A stretch of DNA of 64,000 bases, taken from assembly GCA_017410065.1 (NCBI GenBank), contig JAFQRL010000025.1, positions 18,793 through 82,792 on the forward strand, read 5' to 3'. The notes under the pieces are model-generated. The model ran no database searches. It was not told the origin of the DNA and saw nothing but the letters and a program-made list of their open reading frames with translations. This document shows positions 57,941-64,000 of this stretch, piece after piece; positions within the stretch are counted from its first letter, which is position 1; each line of letters opens with the position of its first letter. Position numbers and translations under genes: made by a program. The stretch comes from Clostridia bacterium. Lineage in GTDB: Bacteria; Bacillota; Clostridia; Oscillospirales; CAG-272.

Positions 57941-58604
57941 AATTACAAACCTTACGAAGAAATACGACTCATTCGGCACAGAAATCACAGCCCTCGGTGG
58001 TGTTAATCTTACCTTCAACGATGGAGAGTTGGTTGCCATTATAGGTGAATCCGGTTCGGGCAAAACTACGCTTCTAAATCAGTTGTGCGGAATGGATGTG
58101 CCTGACAAGGGCGAGATTATAATTGACGGAATCAGTCTGACGAAGCTTTCTTCTAACGATCTTTGCAAAATGAGACGTAGCAAGATTGGTGTTGTATATC
58201 AATTTTATAATCTTATCCCAGAACTCAATATACGAGATAATATTACTCTTCCCGTCGAGCTCGACGGTGGAAATGTGGATGAGAATGAACTGTCGGAAAT
58301 TTTGAAAACTGTTGGACTCTTTGGAAGAGAGCATGATTTTCCGAGTGCTTTATCGGGCGGTCAACAGCAAAGAGTTGCAATAGCACGTGCACTCTATCAA
58401 AAGCCTTCGCTTATTCTTGCGGATGAGCCTACAGGAAATATTGACGAGAAAAACAGCGAAGATATACTCGGACTTCTTTGTAAACTGAACGAAGAAAAGA
58501 AAATTACCGTAATTATCGTCACTCACAGTAAAGTAGTTGCTGACAGAGCCAAACGTCTTATATCGCTAAAAAACGGACAAGTCATTAGTGACGAGGTAAG
58601 ATGA
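57930..58604 (+). CDS. ABC transporter ATP-binding protein (MacB/LolD/FtsE-like)
   Basis: Walker A GESGSGKTT, LSGGQQQR and Walker B ILADEPTGNID. Confidence 0.9.
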   Translation: MGIKITNLTKKYDSFGTEITALGGVNLTFNDGELVAIIGESGSGKTTLLNQLCGMDVPDKGEIIIDGISLTKLSSNDLCKMRRSKIGVVYQFYNLIPELNIRDNITLPVELDGGNVDENELSEILKTVGLFGREHDFPSALSGGQQQRVAIARALYQKPSLILADEPTGNIDEKNSEDILGLLCKLNEEKKITVIIVTHSKVVADRAKRLISLKNGQVISDEVR

Positions 58605-58605
58605 T

Positions 58606-59739
58606 ATGAAAACGCTGTTGCATATCACTTTTGCAAAGATGAGAAAAGACTTCAAAAAAAGCTTATTTCAATCTTTTGCTGTCTTCGTGTCTATGTTTGC
58701 TATATCTTTCTTTGTGTGCTTTGTTGTTTCTCTCGAAGCTTTCAGATCCGCGAATCCGACTTTCGGTATTGAAGCCATTGGGGGAGAAAACCTATTAACG
58801 ATTGAATCTTTTAGCTCGTTCTTTAAAGAAATTGTATCGGGAATTAGTTTTATCGCTATCGCCATTATAATTCTATCTTTCGTTGCATTGTTTATATTTG
58901 CAAGGCTACGAATAGAAGAAAACAAGCACTTTTTCGCAACGCTTACAAGTATCGGAGCTACAAGCGGTCAAAGAAAAATCATTTCTATTACAGAAACACT
59001 TGTTTTATACGGAATCCCAATCTTGTTAGGCAGTTTTCTTGGAATACTCCCTTCACAGTTGTTTACCAGTATGGTCGCTCGCATTTTCGTAAGTGACTAT
59101 AAGCACTCGCCTATTTCAATTCTGATCCCTGCGCTTCTTGCTATTGTGGGAGTAGTGCTTGTGCTAACATTTACTTATGTACCAAGCGTGAGACGAAAGA
59201 AATCTGTAATAGAGACGGTAAAAGCTTGCAACAAAAAGGAATCCGGCAAAACACATAATTATCGCAATTCATACACGTTTCGTCATATGCCCGTCGAAAA
59301 GCGTATTGCGAAAAAGAGTGTAGCTTATTATAGCAGCACATATCGTCGAATCACGTTTATGTTTATCTCCTGTGTTTTTTATCCCGTTTTGGCAGTAATT
59401 TTCTTTGTGCTCGTATCCGAAACAAGTGTAACGGATTACACACCTAATTATGGCGTTGATGCAACCAAGCTTGTAGGAATATTTGCAAAAAACATAGCAA
59501 TATTCGGAGTTTTAGCTTTCCTGGCATTAACGGTGTTCGGAGTTCTTCAAACAGTGTATATCATTCAAGCTCACAACCGCGTTAGGCGAGAAACATTGGC
59601 TACTTATAAGAGTATCGGCATGACTAACGACAGCATTAAAAAAGTGTTGAAATATGAATATATGACTGCAGTTTTTCATGCAGTAGTTTACCTCATATTC
59701 ATACTGGTTTTAGCCTTTGTTGGTATAAATAGTTTTTAA
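58606..59739 (+). CDS. FtsX-like ABC transporter permease
   Basis: Multiple TM helices. C-terminal FtsX-type segment (YKSIGMTNDSIKKVLKYEY...). Confidence 0.75.
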   Translation: MKTLLHITFAKMRKDFKKSLFQSFAVFVSMFAISFFVCFVVSLEAFRSANPTFGIEAIGGENLLTIESFSSFFKEIVSGISFIAIAIIILSFVALFIFARLRIEENKHFFATLTSIGATSGQRKIISITETLVLYGIPILLGSFLGILPSQLFTSMVARIFVSDYKHSPISILIPALLAIVGVVLVLTFTYVPSVRRKKSVIETVKACNKKESGKTHNYRNSYTFRHMPVEKRIAKKSVAYYSSTYRRITFMFISCVFYPVLAVIFFVLVSETSVTDYTPNYGVDATKLVGIFAKNIAIFGVLAFLALTVFGVLQTVYIIQAHNRVRRETLATYKSIGMTNDSIKKVLKYEYMTAVFHAVVYLIFILVLAFVGINSF

Positions 59740-59850
59740 TTTGTAACAAAAAGGGGGTCTACATAAGCAAAAAAACAACCTGTTGTCACAAGAATCTGTC
59801 ATTGTAAATATCTTTTTTAGCAATAATAACTTAGAATAGCGAAAATATTG

Positions 59851-59879
59851 TTGAATTTTGTATATTTGTGTTGTATAAT
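59851..59879 (+). promoter_or_regulatory. Near-consensus sigma-A promoter for the dgt-like gene (TTGAAT-17 nt-TATAAT)
   Basis: TTGAAT at 59851-59856, an exact 17-nt spacer and TATAAT at 59874-59879. Confidence 0.6.
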
Positions 59880-59921
59880 ATAGATTGAAAAACAAAAATT
59901 ATGCAAATGAGGTGTGACAAT

Positions 59922-61400
59922 ATGGAATGGACTGTATTACTAAAACCAGAGAAAGTTAGACAAAAGTCATCTGTGACAAAAACTAGTAACGACGCACGTT
60001 CCCCTTTCAAAGTTGATTTTGATACGGTGTGTAATTGTACTGGAATTCGCAGATTGCAAGATAAGGCACAAGTCTTTCCTTTGGAAAAAGGCGACTATGC
60101 AAGAACGCGTCTTACTCATTCTATTGAAGTCATGTCAATCGCTGAATCTTTAGGAGTTCATGCCGTAAAAGTTATACAGGAAAAAACGAATCCCGACTCA
60201 AAGTTGGCAGAACAACTTAAAGAAATTCCGGTCATCTTGCGAACAGCGGCATTATTACACGATATGGGAAATCCACCCTTTGGCCATTTAGGAGAAGGGA
60301 TCATAGGCGATTGGTTCAAAACTAAGTTAGCAAGACTTATCATTGAGCCCAAAACTCAAAAAGTCATATTTAGCGAAAACACTTCTGTTGGAGTTAATAG
60401 ATTAATCGACATACTCTCTGAAGAACAAAAAAGCGATTTGAGAAATTTCGAAGGCAACGCACAACTACTCAGACTAATTTCTAAACTTAATTATGTGGTG
60501 GACGAAAATGGGATGAACCTTACATATCCAGTCTTAGCTACTATCATTAAATACCCATGCAGTGCTATAAGTTGCGAAAAAGCAAAAACAAACAAAACAT
60601 CTCGCCTTTTGAACAAAAAACCCGGTTATTTTTCTTCGGAAAGAGACTTGTATGAAAAAATCAATAGTAGTCTTGGATTAAATAACAAAAGATATCCACT
60701 GACATTTCTCCTAGAAGCAGCTGATGATATAGCATATTTAACAGCTGATATTGAAGATGCTCATAAAAAAGGAATCATTTCTTTTACCACTATTGAAAAA
60801 TATTTCGAAACATATAATTCCGAGCATAAAGATGCATTTGTTCAATCCATAATTGATGAAATAGCTAAATACCGCGTTCAAGGAGCCGAACAAGGCATTA
60901 CTGATATTGACAATTACGTAATGCAAAGACTTAGGATTTTTATTAAAGGTAATATGATCAGCCGAGTCATGGATAGTTTCGAAAAAAACTACACCAATAT
61001 AATGAATGGCTCGTTTGAAGACGAATTGCTTAACGATTCAGAAGCTAATGGGGTTGTTTCCATCATAAGAGAAAATATTGAAAAAAAGCATATATATTAT
61101 TGCAAAGAAATTGTAAATTCCAAAATAAAGTCATATAAAATATTAAGCACTCTTTTAGATTCTTTCATCCCCTGCGTTTTTAACTTTGAAAAAGAAGGAA
61201 AAAACGATGATAAAGATAGTTTAATTTATAATCTGTTATCTGACAATTATAGGTTTATATGTAACAAAGCAACATCAGGATTGAAGTTATATGAACCAGA
61301 CTACATCTACAATAAACTATTATTGGTGACAGATTTTATTAGCGGAATGACTGACTCTTACGCCAAAGATATGTATGAATTGCTTGTTTCGATAAAATGA
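59922..61400 (+). CDS. dgt: Dgt-type deoxynucleoside triphosphate triphosphohydrolase (HD domain)
   Basis: GAGGTG RBS before ATG 59922. Collinear with the E. coli Dgt N-terminus: F..D...I......RRLQDK.QVFPL......RTRLTHS.EV, then LLHDMGNPPFGH (HD at 60258-60263). Confidence 0.85.
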   Translation: MEWTVLLKPEKVRQKSSVTKTSNDARSPFKVDFDTVCNCTGIRRLQDKAQVFPLEKGDYARTRLTHSIEVMSIAESLGVHAVKVIQEKTNPDSKLAEQLKEIPVILRTAALLHDMGNPPFGHLGEGIIGDWFKTKLARLIIEPKTQKVIFSENTSVGVNRLIDILSEEQKSDLRNFEGNAQLLRLISKLNYVVDENGMNLTYPVLATIIKYPCSAISCEKAKTNKTSRLLNKKPGYFSSERDLYEKINSSLGLNNKRYPLTFLLEAADDIAYLTADIEDAHKKGIISFTTIEKYFETYNSEHKDAFVQSIIDEIAKYRVQGAEQGITDIDNYVMQRLRIFIKGNMISRVMDSFEKNYTNIMNGSFEDELLNDSEANGVVSIIRENIEKKHIYYCKEIVNSKIKSYKILSTLLDSFIPCVFNFEKEGKNDDKDSLIYNLLSDNYRFICNKATSGLKLYEPDYIYNKLLLVTDFISGMTDSYAKDMYELLVSIK

Positions 61401-61563
61401 CTTCAACATGTCGCATATTTTTCCTTTTTGAAAACAAAATATTAATAAATTGTAAATAACTCTGATTTGGCCTTGTTTTATATTATTATTTATGTTACAA
61501 TAGGAACTGCTAAGAAGATTAGGTCTTTTTAGACTCATATAAAATTTCATACGAAATTTTAAG

Positions 61564-61592
61564 AGATGGCTGTAGAAGTCATCTTTTTTTTT
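61564..61592 (+). terminator. Rho-independent terminator abutting the RBS of the next gene
   Basis: AGATGGCT (61564-61571) / AGTCATCT (61577-61584) with one G.U pair, followed by a 9-T run. The RBS AAAGGA begins at 61594. Confidence 0.65.
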
Positions 61593-61608
61593 GAAAGGAT
61601 GTCGATTT

Positions 61609-62976
61609 ATGAATTTTTTTGTTGAAGATATGGTAACACAAGTTCTATCCGTTTATAATTATTCTCCGAGATTCAAAGAAGATTGGAGTTTAGGAATCAC
61701 AAAGCTGGCCAGCCCAAGTACGATAACCGACAAATTCAAAATAAAGTCAACCGGAACAAACCATAGTATATTAACAATAGAATTTGTCGCAAAGCATGAC
61801 GGAGATATATACCTTATTAATGCTAAATTAAATATTGATAGAAAAAAAGACTGTCTCAAGCACGCCGACTTCTTGGGATTAAACTGCATTAAAGTAATCA
61901 AAACTCTCCTTTATTCATATAGCACAAAAGCTATCAATTTCTCTATGATAATATCGATCCTCGAAAAAACAATAGAAGAAAGCATTATCGCGATAATGAT
62001 AGGAAATAAACAGACAACCGCTTTGGCAGATCCGTTAGTTAATCGAACAAGTATACTTATACGGAATTTATCTTCTTGGTCTAATCGCACATATGAAGGC
62101 AGAAAAATACCATTTTCTTTTTTAATCGACACCCAATATAGTAGCCAAAGCAAAGAATTATTTGATAAAATAAATTCGTTTTTAAAAGACGATGCTAGCG
62201 CGCTTTTGACAGATGGAATAACATCTTACATCAGCATATCCAACAAAATCGAGTACAAGATTATTGATTACTATGATCCCGAATCCATCTCATCGAAAAT
62301 TCCGCTTGTTCCTTATCGTTTTTCAAGTTTTGCAACCGCTTGTACTGGTAGCAATTTAGGAATTGTTTTAACCGTGCAAGGAGATATTTTGTTTATTAAA
62401 AAGACTCGTCTTATTTTTGCCAAGCGCAATGGGTTGTGGCACTACTATGATTACGATGCTTTCAATTCCTCTTTGTTTCACGATATAGATGGATTAGGTA
62501 ACGATAGTGAAAGAAAGACAAAAATTAAAAAAATATACATAAGTTGCCTAGATACCGCTTTTGCACGAACAGGTGGTTGCTTGGCAATATGCTTACCACA
62601 AAACATTTCAAAAATAAAAGGCAATATAAGAAGAGAGGATATTCACAAGCCTTTTGTTAGAATTAAAAAAACTGACGAATCAAAAAAGAGATTTATGCTT
62701 GAAGATATTGTAATTGATAAGAAAACATTTTACAACATGGGTCGAAAAGCTCTTCAAGAAATTATGGGAATAGATGGCGCTACCATCATATTGACAGACG
62801 GCAGTTTTATAACAACTGGAGCTATAATCGATAATAAAACAAAAAAAGAAGACGATGATTATCACGGTGGTGCAAGAACCAAAATCACAAGAAAGCTCTC
62901 TGAATATGGAATTGCAATAAAAATATCAGCAGATGGATATATAGAATGTTATAAAAATAATATTCATATTTTTTAA
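61609..62976 (+). CDS. Unknown N-terminal domain fused to a divergent diadenylate-cyclase (DisA_N/DAC)-like C-terminal domain
   Basis: The order of C-terminal motifs parallels CdaA/DisA DAC domains. They are GGCLAICLP (cf. GALIVI), IDGATIIL (DGA at 62773-62781), HGGARTKITRKLSE (cf. GTRHRAA..ISE) and IAIKISADGYIE (cf. VSEETG.IS). The CDS itself is confident. The domain call is from manual motif comparison only. Confidence 0.6.
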   Translation: MNFFVEDMVTQVLSVYNYSPRFKEDWSLGITKLASPSTITDKFKIKSTGTNHSILTIEFVAKHDGDIYLINAKLNIDRKKDCLKHADFLGLNCIKVIKTLLYSYSTKAINFSMIISILEKTIEESIIAIMIGNKQTTALADPLVNRTSILIRNLSSWSNRTYEGRKIPFSFLIDTQYSSQSKELFDKINSFLKDDASALLTDGITSYISISNKIEYKIIDYYDPESISSKIPLVPYRFSSFATACTGSNLGIVLTVQGDILFIKKTRLIFAKRNGLWHYYDYDAFNSSLFHDIDGLGNDSERKTKIKKIYISCLDTAFARTGGCLAICLPQNISKIKGNIRREDIHKPFVRIKKTDESKKRFMLEDIVIDKKTFYNMGRKALQEIMGIDGATIILTDGSFITTGAIIDNKTKKEDDDYHGGARTKITRKLSEYGIAIKISADGYIECYKNNIHIF

Positions 62977-63049
62977 GAAATTACATATAATTGTATTGTG
63001 CTATAGCACTCCTTTTTTAAGGAAAATGCTTAGTTTAAGAAACTAAGCA

Positions 63050-63075
63050 GCGCCCGATTATATCGGGCGTTTTTT
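63050..63075 (+). terminator. Rho-independent terminator after the DAC-like gene
   Basis: GCGCCCGAT-TATA-ATCGGGCGT followed by TTTTT. Confidence 0.7.
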
Positions 63076-63182
63076 ATATATTCTTCAAAGTTGTTTTTTA
63101 AATTAAACTAACATATTCAAGCAAACACTTTGGTTAATTATAAATATTATATTAGAAAGAGGCTTCTTCATTTAAGCACAAG

Positions 63183-63225
63183 CGAATAAAAAACGGAGAT
63201 GTTATTTTTACATAGCGTCTCCGTT
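63183..63225 (-). terminator. Terminator candidate for the minus-strand kinase gene
   Basis: AAACGGAGA / TCTCCGTTT stem. On the minus strand it is followed by a T-run. Confidence 0.5.
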
Positions 63226-63469
63226 TATACTTTTGTTATGAGTTGTTGAAATTAAGGTTGAAATTCTACGAATTTTTTCTTTTTTATTCTATCGCCGTTT
63301 CCTCAATCGCTGTATGTTTATAAAGCTTCTTTCTTCAGCCGACGATTTCTGCTCTAAATCAAGCAATCCCCTGAAAGAGCTTCGCATTAATAATTCAGCA
63401 TCTTAACTCCTTTTTGCTTTAACATCTTGCTGTATTCTTAATGACTCATACATTTCTGTTTATATGACT

Positions 63470-64000
63470 TTAGTTCATATCATTAAAAATCTTCAAAACG
63501 GCTTCTTTTAATTCAGCAATGCTGTAGTAACGTTGTTTTTGTTCACTTAGCGTGCATTTTTCAGATATATCATGTAAAAAATGATTGTTTTTTTGTGGGC
63601 TCTTCGTTAAAACAAAGTTAATTAGTCTGCCTATCGTATATATATCACTTTGCTCAGATGTGTTTTCTAGAGAATCCAACTGTTCAGGTGCGGTATAAGC
63701 AGGAACACCATAAGAAGGCTTGTACCCCTTTCCGGAACGATCATCACTAAGATAACAAGCCAATCCAAAATCCGAAACTTTCAACTCTCCGTTTATGAAA
63801 AGCCAATTGCCAGGATGCAAATCTCGATGCAACACGTTGTTCGAATGCAAAAAGCTTACGCAGTCTATTATTCGGAGTATTATTTTTTTAGAATCATCGG
63901 GATTGGGGGTGCCACCGATTCTTGAAATATATTGATCAAGCGAATCGGTAGCAAACTCCATTATGTATCCACCATTGGGGTCTTCTTCGCACTCAATAAT
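63470..64000 (-). CDS. Hanks-type Ser/Thr protein kinase, C-lobe only (5' end outside window)
   Basis: Catalytic loop HRDLHPGN (63806-63829), DFG (VSDFGLA) and APE (YTAPEQ). The frame stays open to the window edge upstream of the track's Met. Confidence 0.8.
   Translation of the reverse strand: MIECEEDPNGGYIMEFATDSLDQYISRIGGTPNPDDSKKIILRIIDCVSFLHSNNVLHRDLHPGNWLFINGELKVSDFGLACYLSDDRSGKGYKPSYGVPAYTAPEQLDSLENTSEQSDIYTIGRLINFVLTKSPQKNNHFLHDISEKCTLSEQKQRYYSIAELKEAVLKIFNDMN

Larger units (their letters stand above)
52797..64000. other. AT-rich accessory island abutting the 3' end of lysS (right boundary outside window)
   Basis: Visible drop in G+C and a change in codon style right after the lysS stop. 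All genes are accessory-type. No integrase in view. Confidence 0.6.

Noticed and set aside
4955-61608. N-terminal extensions proposed by the ORF track (4955, 6640, 11026, 14673, 33642, 34796, 38104, 41716, 42765, 47922, 53838, 59901, 61591).
   Set aside because: In each case an internal ATG is preceded by a GGAG-type RBS at proper spacing. The extension either overlaps the upstream gene, overlaps the RBS itself, or adds non-conserved residues ahead of a signal peptide or family N-terminus.

Overview
This is a 64-kb chromosomal window from a moderately GC-rich Firmicute that looks like Clostridia: GGAGG-type RBSs, lipobox lipoproteins, sepF-yggT, trmK-nif3 and mini-RNase III. All functional calls come from reading motifs in the supplied translations and from recall of protein families. 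No database search was possible. Positions 1 to ~52.8 kb are compact core genome. They hold ppa, prfB, pcrA, ygiQ, hisS, mrnC, yggS-sepF-yggT, lspA-rluD, an ABC-F ATPase, ribF, prmA-rsmE and greA-lysS. They also hold an AraC-linked six-gene carbohydrate operon (8.3-15.6 kb), an amino-acid ABC importer, two diverged DUF4091-like paralogs and a 1067-aa lipoprotein. Immediately 3' of lysS (~52.8 kb) the sequence becomes visibly AT-rich and the gene content turns accessory. This part has two mobile-element-like hypothetical genes, then a BlaI/BlaR1-like sensor with a small exported protein and a MacB/FtsX-type ABC exporter. It ends in a still more AT-rich block carrying a Dgt-type dNTP triphosphohydrolase, a 455-aa protein and a convergent, window-truncated Ser/Thr kinase. 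The C-terminus of the 455-aa protein reads as a divergent diadenylate-cyclase (DisA_N/DAC)-like domain behind an unrecognisable N-terminal region. The best candidate for an undescribed system is the dgt + DAC-like gene pair (59.85-62.98 kb), probably a nucleotide-based defence module. Three non-coding signals remain unexplained. One is a structured ~116-nt repeat family: two tandem copies plus a diverged, partly tRNA-like third copy, with a 27-nt perfect direct repeat bracketing an XRE-TPR regulator. The second is an array of seven GTGAAGTT/AACTTCAC words in a convergent intergenic gap. The third is a 500-bp non-coding gap with nested inverted repeats upstream of pcrA. I saw no rRNA, canonical tRNA, CRISPR array, transposase or integrase in this window.
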